A stretch of DNA of 64,000 nt from an uncultured Chryseobacterium sp. (GTDB taxonomy: Bacteria > Bacteroidota > Bacteroidia > Flavobacteriales_F > PHOS-HE28). The notes below the pieces were generated by a model, which saw only the letters and a program-made list of their open reading frames with translations, ran no database searches and was not told where the DNA came from. The position numbers and the translations under genes were made by a program. Numbering within the stretch: the stretch's first letter is position 1; each line of letters opens with the position of its first letter. Of this stretch, positions 37,416 through 47,800 are shown in pieces. The stretch is taken from assembly GCA_964464935.1 (NCBI GenBank), contig CAYXKE010000004.1, forward strand, positions 6,984-70,983. Direction: 5' to 3'.

Positions 37416-38951
37416 ATGAAGCCCAGCACCGAACTTTTCGACCTGATCCGGTCGCTCACGAAGTCCGAGAAGCGCTTCTTCAAGCTGCACTCCAGCCTCC
37501 AGTCTGGCGACAAGAACTACCTGCGGCTTTTCGATGCGGTGGACCGGATGAAGGTCTATGACGAGGACCAGTTGAAGACGCAGTTCGCCGGGCAGACCTT
37601 CATCAAGCATCTGCCTTCGGAGAAGAACCATCTGTACAAGCTTATCCTGAAAGCACTGCGGGCCTATCATGCGGAGAGCTCGGTGAGCGGCATCCTCAAG
37701 CAGGAGATCAAGAACATTGAGATCCTCTACCACAAGGGCCTATATGGGGAGTGCAACAAGCTCCTCCACCGCGCCAAGCGGATCGCCCGTGAGAACGAGC
37801 GGTTCTATTACTGGTTCGAGCTGCTCAGTTGGGAGAAGATGCTCCTGGAGGAGGCTTACGAGAGCGGTGAGTTCACGAAGGACCTCGATGCGCTGATCAA
37901 CGAGGAGCGCGAGGTGGTGGAGCGGCTGCGCAACCTGGCCGCCTACCACGTGCTGTACTCCAAGATCAACTACGTGTTCCGCAGTGGTGGCCACGTGCGC
38001 ACATCGGAGGAGCACGAGATGGTGGAGGAGATCCGGGACCATCCCTTGATCAAGGGCAAGAACACGGCCCTGTCGCAGCGGGCGGCCACCATCTGCTACT
38101 ACACGCAGGGCTTCTGCCACTGGGCCAAGCGGGACTGGGCCACGGCCCTGGAGAAGTTCGAACGCGTGCGGACCATCCTGGACGGTCATCCGCAGGTGAA
38201 GGCCGATCTGCCCAAGCGGTACATCCGCACGCTGAATTACATCATCAACGCGCGCATCGAGCTGGGTCAGTTGAACAAGGCCCGTGCGGACATCAAGGGC
38301 CTGCGCGCATTGTCGGGCACGCGGGGCTTCTCCGGCCTGAGCATCGACACGCAGATCTTCGTGGTGGGCCACCTGTGCGAACTGCGCCTGCTCGATCGGG
38401 TCGGCGATTACGACAAGGCCGTGGCGCTGGCCGCCCAGGTCGTGGAGGGCATGGAGGCCATCGGTCCCCGCCTGCACAAGGAGCATGAGCTCGAGTTCCA
38501 CTTTGCCCTCGCGGTGGTGCACTTCGGCGCGGGCCAGTACAACAAGGCCCTCTTCTGGTTGAACAAGGTGCTCAACGACAACGAGCCCACGCTACGCCAG
38601 GACATCTTCACCTACGCCCGGCTCTTCAACCTGGTGGTGCATTACGAGCTGGGCAACTATGACCTGCTGGAGTACATCGTTCGCTCCACACAGCGTTTCC
38701 TCACCAAGCGACAACGCGCACACCAGGTGGAGCAGACCCTGGTCGAGCATGTGCGAAAGCTTGCGCGCACCCCGGCACCTGACCGCCGTGCGGAGCTGTT
38801 CCATGCACTGCACCACCGTCTCACCACGTTGCTCAAGGACCCGAGCGAAGGCATGGTATTGAAGTATTTCGATGTGCTGGCGTGGGCCCGCAGCGGCATG
38901 GAGGGCATCACCTTCAGCGATGCGGTGAAGCAGCACAGCGGGGTCGCATAA
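37416..38951 (+). CDS. Hypothetical all-alpha (TPR-like) protein
   Basis: 511 aa with no signal peptide. The N-terminus is ..LFDLIRSLTKSEKRFFKLHSSLQSGDKNYLRLFDAV... Repeated helical-hairpin-like segments (..GLYGECNKLLHRAKRIA.., ..GQYNKALFWLNKVL..). No named family recognised. Confidence 0.75.
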   Translation: MKPSTELFDLIRSLTKSEKRFFKLHSSLQSGDKNYLRLFDAVDRMKVYDEDQLKTQFAGQTFIKHLPSEKNHLYKLILKALRAYHAESSVSGILKQEIKNIEILYHKGLYGECNKLLHRAKRIARENERFYYWFELLSWEKMLLEEAYESGEFTKDLDALINEEREVVERLRNLAAYHVLYSKINYVFRSGGHVRTSEEHEMVEEIRDHPLIKGKNTALSQRAATICYYTQGFCHWAKRDWATALEKFERVRTILDGHPQVKADLPKRYIRTLNYIINARIELGQLNKARADIKGLRALSGTRGFSGLSIDTQIFVVGHLCELRLLDRVGDYDKAVALAAQVVEGMEAIGPRLHKEHELEFHFALAVVHFGAGQYNKALFWLNKVLNDNEPTLRQDIFTYARLFNLVVHYELGNYDLLEYIVRSTQRFLTKRQRAHQVEQTLVEHVRKLARTPAPDRRAELFHALHHRLTTLLKDPSEGMVLKYFDVLAWARSGMEGITFSDAVKQHSGVA

Positions 38952-38986
38952 GCGAAGGGCGCGGCCCATCGGACCGCGCCCTTCGC
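38952..38986. terminator. Hairpin between convergent genes
   Basis: GCGAAGGGCGCGG/CCGCGCCCTTCGC is a 13-bp perfect stem with a 9-nt loop, starting directly after the stop at 38951. There is no clear U-tract. Confidence 0.5.
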
Positions 38987-39005
38987 CTGGGACCGTTCAG
39001 CCCGG

Positions 39006-40904
39006 TCAGGGGTTGACCGTCTTCATGCGAGTTACCTTGAATTCCGTGCGGCGGTTGGCCTGGTGTTCCTCCTCGGTGCACTCCACGCCATCCTTGCAGT
39101 GGTTCACCAAGCGCGTCTCGCCATAGCCACGCGCCACGATGCGGTCAGGGTCCACGCCGCGCTGGATGAGATAGTCCACGGCGGCCTTCGCACGGGCTTC
39201 GCTCAGCAGCAGGTTGTACATGTGGCTGGCCCGGCTGTCGGTGTGGGAACTGAGCTCGAAGCTGAGGTTCGGGTTGTCGATGAAGATGCGCGCCAGCTTG
39301 TCCAATTCGACCGCGGCATCCGGACGGATGTCCCAGCGGTCGTAGTCGTAGTAGATGTTCTCCACCACGATCGGCTTGTCGATCACCACCTCTTTCAGGC
39401 GGAAGTCCTCTGTCCAGGTGCGGCTGGTGCGCTGCCCCACGGTGCTCAGGTCGCGGCTCTCGGTGAACATGCCGTTCTTGCCGCCGCTCACCCGATAGTT
39501 GTGGTCCTTCTGGAGGTCGAAGCGGTAGCTGCCGTCCGGGCCGGTGAGGGCCGTGAGGGTCTCCCCGGTGGTCTGGTCGAGCAGCGTCAACTCCACATCG
39601 GCCATCGGCTGGCCGGTCTCCTCGTTGAAGAAGGTGCCTTGCAGGACGAGGGTGGGGTCGTGGACCAGGAAGCGGTGCACGTGGTCGCGGCCGGTGCGGT
39701 TGCTGGAGAGCAGGCCACTTCGCCCGTCCGCGTCCATCACCATCGCGAAGTCGTCGTATTGCGTGTTGATCGGATAGGTCAGGTTCTCCGGCGGGGTCCA
39801 TCCACCTTGGCCATCGGGCCACGTGAGGAAGATGTCCAGACCGCCCACGCCGGGGTGCCCGTTGGAGGCAAAGAAGAGGGTGTCGCCGAACACCGTCGGG
39901 AACATCTCATCGCCGGGTGTGTTCACCGTGGGGCCCAGGTTCTCGGGGGCGCTCCAGCCATTGGCCGTACGGGTGCTTCGATAGAGGTCGGTGCCACCGT
40001 GACCACCGGGCCGGTCGCTGATGAAGTACAACGTGTTGCCGTCCTTGCTCAGCGCGGCATGGCCGGTGGAGAAGTTGTCGCCATTGTGGGCGAACTGGTG
40101 GATGTTGCCCCAGCTGCCGTCGGTGCCAAGTTCCGCGCGGAAGAGCTTCAGGTGGCTCACGGCCCCATCGTCCTTGTTCAGTCGGAACTTGTAGTAGTCG
40201 CTGCGGGTGAAGTACAACTCACGTCCGTCGGGCGACAGCGCCGCCGGACCATCGTGGAAGCGGCCGTTCACATCCCCGGGCAGCGGAGCGGCGCTGCTCC
40301 AGCCATCGGTGCCCGCGGGCATGGACGTGTATAGGTCAAGGAAGGAGTTGCCCGTCCACGGGTTCTGGCGGCCCGCAGGCGCGGTCTTCTCACCGGCGAA
40401 GAGGATGCCTCCGCGATAGGGCGTGGCGGCGAAGACGCTGGTGAAGCCGTCCAGACGGATCGGGGACACGGTGAAGAGGGTCGTGTCCACGAAAAATCGC
40501 TCGCGGTCGCGGATGCCTTGCAGCAGGCCTTGCGCAAAGGCGTCGCCGGGGCTGTCGGCCAGTGCGCTTTCATACAGGGCGGCCGCCTCATCGTGGCGCC
40601 CCAGCGTGCTCAGCACCTGGCCATAGTGCAGCAGGTCCGTGCCGGTGAGGGGGGCGCTCTGTGCGGCGCGCGCGTACCATTCGGCGGCACGGACGGCGTT
40701 CTGCTGGCGGCGGAAGGCATCGGCGGTGCGCAGCATTGCGGCGCGGTCATCGATCTTCACCAGCGCACGTTCGTAGTGCTGGGTGGCCTTCGCGTAGGCC
40801 ATGCGCGCGTATGCCTTGTCGCCGTTCACCAGTTGCTGCTGCGCGCACGACACGAACAGCAGACCGGGGATCAGGATCGGAAGGAGTTTCTTCATGGCGA
40901 TCAT
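39006..40904 (-). CDS. OmpA-family lipoprotein (TPR + TolB-like beta-propeller repeats + OmpA_C peptidoglycan-binding domain)
   Basis: Lipobox ..LLFVSC. N-terminal TPR-like helices. Repeated ..SP.G..LYF.S.R.GG.GG.DLY.. propeller blades. The C-terminus ..NIYYDYDRWDIRPDA..LSSHTDSR..YN..LS..RA.. is the OmpA_C motif. It starts 3 nt after the PorP stop. Confidence 0.85.
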   Translation of the reverse strand: MIAMKKLLPILIPGLLFVSCAQQQLVNGDKAYARMAYAKATQHYERALVKIDDRAAMLRTADAFRRQQNAVRAAEWYARAAQSAPLTGTDLLHYGQVLSTLGRHDEAAALYESALADSPGDAFAQGLLQGIRDRERFFVDTTLFTVSPIRLDGFTSVFAATPYRGGILFAGEKTAPAGRQNPWTGNSFLDLYTSMPAGTDGWSSAAPLPGDVNGRFHDGPAALSPDGRELYFTRSDYYKFRLNKDDGAVSHLKLFRAELGTDGSWGNIHQFAHNGDNFSTGHAALSKDGNTLYFISDRPGGHGGTDLYRSTRTANGWSAPENLGPTVNTPGDEMFPTVFGDTLFFASNGHPGVGGLDIFLTWPDGQGGWTPPENLTYPINTQYDDFAMVMDADGRSGLLSSNRTGRDHVHRFLVHDPTLVLQGTFFNEETGQPMADVELTLLDQTTGETLTALTGPDGSYRFDLQKDHNYRVSGGKNGMFTESRDLSTVGQRTSRTWTEDFRLKEVVIDKPIVVENIYYDYDRWDIRPDAAVELDKLARIFIDNPNLSFELSSHTDSRASHMYNLLLSEARAKAAVDYLIQRGVDPDRIVARGYGETRLVNHCKDGVECTEEEHQANRRTEFKVTRMKTVNP

Positions 40905-40907
40905 CGG

Positions 40908-41843
40908 TCAGAAGTAGCGGGGCGTCTTGATCTTCACCAGGTCGCGTCCGAAGTCCACGCCCAGCATCACTTCATGGCTGCCGCTGTTGAAGCTGCGCAG
41001 GCGCGAGGTGTTCATGTCGTATGCGTAGCCGACCCGCAGTTGGGGCGTCACCTGGTATTCGAGCATGGCCACCACGGCATCTCCCGTGCGATAGCCGGCG
41101 CCCAGCCAGATCCGTTCCCGGTAAAGCACGTTCAGGTTGATGTCCACCTCCATCGGTGCGTCGGGCTGGAATTTCACCAAGGTGCTCGGCTTCAGGTCGA
41201 AGTATTCGCCAAGCGGGAAGACCTTGCCGGCGTGCAGGTAGAAATGCTGGGTGAAATAGTGGTCCAGCTCCGAGGCGTTCTTCACGGAGATGGCGCCATC
41301 GGCCGAGGTGATCGTGGGCACGGACACGCCCACGTAGCTGGTGGCGTCATACCAGTACACGCCGAAGCCGAACTTGCCCACCACGGCATTGCTGATGTCG
41401 TTCTGGTACATCTGGTCGTTGGCGTCCCAGTAGACCAGGTCGCTGAACCGGGCGGAGTACAGGCTGACACCGGCGCGCAGGCCCAGCGCGATCTTGCTGG
41501 CAGGCCCCAGCTGCAGGTGGTAGGCGTAGTGGGCCGACATGTCCAGATCGCGCGAGATGCCGATCTGGTCATGCACCAGGGAGAAGCCCAGGCCCATCTT
41601 GTTGTTCATCAGCGGCGCGTCGATCGCGAGCATGCTGGTGCTGGGGGCGCCCTCCATGCCCACCCACTGCGAGCGGTGGAGCATGCTGGCACCGGCGTAT
41701 CCATGGCTGCCCGCATAGGCGGGGTTCAGGAAGAGCTGGTTGAACATGTACTGGCTCACCATCACTTCCTGTTGGGCGGTCGCGCTCCGTGCCACGGCCA
41801 TGGCCGCCAGGAGCAGGATCGTATGTCGGATGGTCCTCATCAT
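40908..41843 (-). CDS. Type IX secretion system membrane protein, PorP/SprF family
   Basis: MMRTIRHTILLLAAMAVARSATAQQ is a signal peptide. ..SQYMFNQLFLNPAYAG...HRSQWVG.EGAP.T.. is the PorP/SprF N-terminal signature. The protein is 311 aa, and the ATG at 41843 was verified. Confidence 0.87.
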   Translation of the reverse strand: MMRTIRHTILLLAAMAVARSATAQQEVMVSQYMFNQLFLNPAYAGSHGYAGASMLHRSQWVGMEGAPSTSMLAIDAPLMNNKMGLGFSLVHDQIGISRDLDMSAHYAYHLQLGPASKIALGLRAGVSLYSARFSDLVYWDANDQMYQNDISNAVVGKFGFGVYWYDATSYVGVSVPTITSADGAISVKNASELDHYFTQHFYLHAGKVFPLGEYFDLKPSTLVKFQPDAPMEVDINLNVLYRERIWLGAGYRTGDAVVAMLEYQVTPQLRVGYAYDMNTSRLRSFNSGSHEVMLGVDFGRDLVKIKTPRYF

Positions 41844-41859
41844 GGTGGGTCGTTCTGGA

Positions 41860-44800
41860 TCAGCGGCGCAGGTCCACATAGCCTTGCAGGGTGCGTTCAC
41901 CGCCATTCACTTTCAGGATCACGAAATAGGTGCCGTTGGGCAGCATGTCCTGCTGCTGGTTCTCGCCACGCCAGTCGTTGGCGTAGTTCAGCCGGTCGTA
42001 GACCACGTTGCCCCATCGATTGAACACGGTGAAGGTGTTCGCCGGGTACGCGTCCAGGCCGCGGATGAAGAAGGTGTCGTTGGCGCCGTCACCGTTGGGG
42101 GTGAAGCCCGTGGGCATCACCAGGTCGTCCGGCTGGGTCACCTCGATGGTGATCTCGGCCGCGCACCCGTTCGCATCCGTCACCACCAGTACATAGGTGC
42201 CGGCCGTGAGTCCGCTGATGTTCGACGTGGTGGCCCCATTGCTCCAGGCATAGGCGTACGGTGCGGTGCCGCCGCTCACGTTGGTCTGAATGCTGCCGTT
42301 GCTGCCGCCATGGGTGCTCACGTTGTACCCGCCGCTGTACACGGAAAGCAGCGTGTCGATCACGATGGCGTCGGCCTCCCACACATGCCAGCTGCCGGTG
42401 AAGGTGCAGCCGTTGGTGTCGGTCACGGTCACCTCATAGGTGCCGGCGGTCAGTCCTTCCACGCTCGGTTCGGTGGCGCCGTTGCTCCACGCGTAGGTGT
42501 ACGGACCCGTTCCGGTGAGCATGTTCAGGGTGATGGTGCCTTGGGCGTCGCCGTGGCAGATGTTTCCGGTCACGTCCGCGTCGGCGGTCACGGCCGGCGT
42601 GCCAGCGACTTCGGCGCTCACGTGCACGGTGCAGCCGTTGGCGTCGGTCACGGTCACGCCATAGGTGCCCGCGGCCAGCCCGGTCACATCAGCGCTGGTG
42701 GCGCCATGGTCCCATGCGAAGGAGAACGGTGCCGTTCCGCCGGTCACCGTGGTGAGCACGGCGCCCACGTTCATGCCGCAGGCCGCCACTTCGGTGGCCA
42801 GGGTGGCCGCCAGGGGCTCGGGCTCGGTGATCGTGGTGCAGCTCTGCGTTTCGCAACCGTTGGCGTCGGTCACGGTGAGGCAGTAGGTGCCGGGCGCCAG
42901 GTCCGTGAGCGTGGTCTCGTCGCTCGCGATGGGCGTCGGGCCGGTCCAGGTCAGGGTGTACGCGGGCGTGCCTCCCGTGATCACCGCGCTCACGCTGCCG
43001 TCGTTCAGGCCATTGCAGCTGATGGAGCTTCCGGTCAGCGCGATGCCCAGCGGCTCAGGCGCGGTCAGCGTCACCGTCTCTTCCACCACGCAGCCGTTCA
43101 TGTCCGTGAGGGTGAGCTCATAGGTGCCGGGGGCGAGGTCGGTGAGTTCGAAAGCGGTGGACGTGAAGCCGTTCGGGCCGGTCCAGGCGAATTCATTGCC
43201 GCCGTTCCCCCCAGTGGCCACCACCGTGATGGTGCCGTTGGTGGCATCGCTGCACGGCACGTTGTGGCCACCCGGGTATTCGCTCACGGTGATGTCGGCC
43301 TGGAGCGGCGCATCGGGCTGGGTCAGCGTCACCTCCATGGAGTAGGTGCACTGGTTCTGGTCGGTCACCACCAGCTCATAGGCGTACTGCCCAGCGGACA
43401 GGCCGTCGATGAACGGGGTGTTCCACTCCAGGCTGTCGGGGCCGCGCCACACGAAGGTGAATTGGCCGGAACCACCCGTGGCCGTGGCCAGGATCCAACC
43501 GTCGGCCGCACCGTAGCAGCTCACGTTCGTACCGCTGGGGTATACGCTCACCTCCACGCTCACATCGATCGGCAGCACGGGCGCCGTGAGGGTGATGGTG
43601 GTGTCGAGCACGCAGCTGTTCGCGTCGGTGATCAGGATGTGATAGTCACCAGCGGCGAGACCCGTGTGCGACAGGCTGCTCGAGACATAGCCGGCCGGAC
43701 CGTTCACCAGCACGCTGTACGGAGCGGTTCCACCCTCCGGGGCCAGTTCGATCACGCCGGTGCTGTCACCGAAGCATTGGATGTTGTACTCGCCGAAGAA
43801 CGACACGTACGCGCCACTGTTCAGCGGGGCCGGGCCCTCCAGCGTGTGGCTGAAGGTGGCCGTGCAGCCCATCGCGTCGGTGACGGTCACCGTGTAGGCG
43901 CCGGCCTCCAGGCCAGTGATCTGCGCATCGGTGGAGGTGAAACCGTTGGGGCCGCTCCAGGCATGGGAGAAGGGGGACACGCCGCCCAGCACGGTCAGGT
44001 CGATGCTGCCGGTGGCGTCGCCGGGGCAGGTGTTGGCAACGGCGGCGAACTCGGCGGCCATGATCTCGGGCGCGGTCAGTGTCCAGCTGGAGGTGAGCGT
44101 GCAGCCGTTGGCGTCGGTGATGTGCAGTGTGTACGTGCCCGGTGCCAGGCCGTCGATGCTCGTGGCGGTGCTGGCGAAACCGTTGGGGCCCATCCACCCG
44201 AAGGAGATCGGGGCGATGCCGCCACTGATCACCACGGTGATGGAGCCGTCATTGCCTGCGCAGCTCACCTGATGGCCCGCGCCTGCATCGCTCAGCGTGG
44301 CATCGACCTGCAGCGGATCGGGCTCGGTCAGGGTGATCGAGGCGCTGCCGGTGCATCCCAGATCGTCGGTCACGATCACCGTGTAGGTGCCGGCGGTCAG
44401 GCCCGAGATGGTGGGGGCGGTGCTGGTGAAGCCGTCGGGGCCGCTCCACAGATAGGTGTAGCCCGCGGTGCCGCCGCTCACCGTGAGATCGACGCTGCCG
44501 GTACTGTCACCGGTGCAGGCGATGTGGTGGCCGCCCACGGTGCTGCTGCTCAGCTGCACCGTCACCGGGGCTGGCTGGGTCACGTGCACCACCGTCACCT
44601 GTGTGCAGCCATGGGCGTCGACCACAGTGAGGGTGTAGGTGCCAGCCACCAGACCGGTGATGTCTGCGGTCTGGGCGGTGAAGCCGTTGGGGCCGGTCCA
44701 GTCCGTGGTGTAGGGCGCCGTGCCACCGCTGATGGTGGTGCTGATGGCACCGTCAGCAGCGCCGTTGCAGCTCACGCCATGGCCGTTGGGTTGCAGGGCC

Positions 44801-47800
44801 ACGGTGGTGTTCACGTCGATCGCCTCGGGGGCTTCCAGGGTCCACGTGCCGGTGATGGTGCAACCGTTGGCATCGGTCACCGTCACGCTGTAGGTGCCAG
44901 CGGGGAGCCCGGTGATCGCGGCGGCCTGGCTGTTGTTGCTCCACAGGTAGGTGTACGGGGCCACACCACCGCTGATGCTGAGCGTAATGGAGCCGTCCTG
45001 GGCATCGGTGCAGCTCACGTTGCTGCCCGGCGTGCCGCTCAGCTCGGCGGTCATCGTCAGGGGCTCGGGGGCGTCCAGCGTCACGCTCGTCGTCGTGGAG
45101 CAGCCCATGGCATCGGTCACGGTCACGGTGTAGGTGCCCGGGGCCAGGCCGCTCAGGTCCTCGTCGGTGGAGTTGAAGCCCAGACCGTCGCTCCATGCGT
45201 AGGTGTAAGGTGCGGTGCCACCGGTCACGGTCAGGTCGATGCTGCCGTCCTGGGCATCGGAGCAGCTCACCTGGGCGCCACCGCCGTAGGTCGAGGTGGT
45301 CGTGGCCGCATTGAGCGGTTGCGGTGCGGTGAGGGTGATGGACGCCTCGAGGGTGCAGCCGTTGGCGTCCGTTACGGTCACGGTGTAGGTGCCGGCCGCC
45401 AGGTCGTTCAGTTCGGTGGTGCCGGCCACCGGGCCGTCCGGACCGTTCCAAGCGATCGTGTAGGGGGTGGTGCCGCCGCTGATGGTGAGCACGATGCTGC
45501 CATCGGTGGCCTCATTGCAGCTCACGTGGTGGTCGCCATGCGTGCCGGCCACGATGAGCGTGCCGATGGGCGCGGGCGCGTCGAGCGTGTAACTGCGGGT
45601 GAGGCTACAGCCGTTCCCGTCGGAGATCGTCACCGTGTAGGTGCCGGCGACCAGGCCGCTCAGCGATGCATCCGTGCTGGTGAACCCGTTGGGGCCGGTC
45701 CAGCTGAACGTATAGGCGCCGTATCCGCCCGTCACGTTCGTGGTGATGCTGCCATCGTTGGCCTCCGCACAGGACACGGCCGATCCGTTGTAGGCGGAGA
45801 GGGTGGCATCCACTTCGATCGGTGCGGGCTCCGTGAGGGTCACCTGCACCGTTTCGGAGCAACCGTTCGCATCGGTGATGGTGGCGTTGTAGGTGCCGGC
45901 GGCCAGGCCACTGATGTTGGCGCCATTGCCGGTGTAGCCGTCCGGGCCGGTCCAGCTCACCGTCACGGGTGTGGCACCGCCGGTGATCGCCAGGCTGATG
46001 CTGCCCGTGCTGGCGCCATTGCAGGCCACCGCATCGCCGCTGGGGCTGGTCGACGTATCGGCCACCACGTTCAGCGGCAGAGGCGCGGTGATGGTCACCG
46101 TGAGCGTGGCGCTGCAGCCGTTCTCATCGCTCACCGTCATGGTGTAGGTGCCCGGCGCGAGGTTGTAGATGGATTGCGTGTTCGCAGTGAAGCCGTCCGG
46201 GCCCGTCCAGCTGATGCTGTTGTAGTCGGGAGTGCCACCGCTGATGGTCGTACCGATGAAGCCATCCTCCGCACCGGCGCAGCTGATGCCATAGCCGCTG
46301 TAGTTGCTGGCTTGGTGGGTGAGTGTGAGCGGTGCGGGCTGGGTGAGGGTGAACGAGGTCAGCGTGGAGCAGCCGTTCTCGTCCGTCACGGTGAGCTGGT
46401 AGGTGCCCGCGCCCAGGTCGGTGATGTCCTGCGTGGTGGATACGAAGCCGTTGGGCCCGGTCCACTGGTAGCTCAGCTGGCCGGTGCCGCCGGTCACTTC
46501 CACATCGATGGAGCCGTCCGTGGCGCCATTGCAGCTCACGTTCCAGCCGCCGACGTACTCGCTCAACGTGCTGGAGATGGTGAACACACCGGGCTCGCTC
46601 ACGTCGAATGCGTGGGTCTGCACACAGCCGTGGGCATCGGTGACCGTCAGCAGGTAGATGCCGGCGGCGAGGTCGGTGATGTCCGTGCTGCTGGAGCTGA
46701 AGCCGTCGGGGCCGCTCCAAGAGAGGGTGTAGGGGCCCACACCACCACCCACGGTCACTCCGGTGATGGCACCGGTGGCACTGCCTTGACAGGTGGCCGT
46801 GGTGATCGTGGCCGAGGCGGTGATCGCGGGTGGTGCAATGAGGGTGAAGGTGGTGTCCAGCGTGCAACCGCCGGCGTCGATCACGCTCAGGTGGTAATTG
46901 TCGGGATCCAGGTCGCTCAGGTCCTCGATGCCGGTGGAGTTCCCATGGTCATCGGTCCACACGTGGGTGTAAGGTGCCGTGCCGCCCGTGATGGTGATGT
47001 CGATGAAGCCTTCGTGCGAGTCGTGGCACAGCACGTTGTATCCGTTGAAGTCGCTGATCACCGCGGTCACGCCCAGGGGCGCATCGGGACCGTTGATGGT
47101 GAAGGGCACGAACTTGGGCACGGTGCAGCCGTTGTTGTCATACACCGTGGCCAGGTAGTTGCCGGGCGCGAGGCCGGTGGCCGTGGGACCGGTCTGCGGC
47201 GGTTCGGTGTTCCAATACACCGTGTAGGATCCACTGCCGCCGGTGATGCTCAGCGTAGCACTGCCATCGTTGAGGCCATGGCACGACACATGCTGGTAGC
47301 TCTCCACGAAGGCGAACAGATCGTCCTCAGGCCCCACCAGGTCCACGGTGGCGCTGGTGGTGCAGCCGTTGGCATCGCTCACCGTCACGGTGTAGCTGCC
47401 GATGGGCAGATCGCTGATGGTGGGCCCGTTCTGACCGGTGCTCCAAGTGTAGGTGTACGGCGCGGTGCCGCCGCTGGCGCTGGCAGTGATGCTGCCTTCA
47501 TCGCCGCCATAGCACAGCACCAGGCCATCGATGGTGGTGGCCACGGTGAGCGGTGCGGTGGGGCCATTGATCGTGGCGCTGGCGGAGGCGGTACAGCCGT
47601 TGGCGTCGGTCACGGTCACGGTCCAGGTGCCGGCGGGGAGACCCGTTGCGGTGGCATCGGTTTGCGGTGGCACGGTGTTCCAGCCATAGGTGTAGGGGGC
47701 GGTGCCTCCCGATGCGGTCACCGATGCGCTTCCCGCACCATCACCGAAGCACAGCGCATCGGTGAGGCTGGTGATCGTGGCCGAGAGGCTCTCGGTCGGA

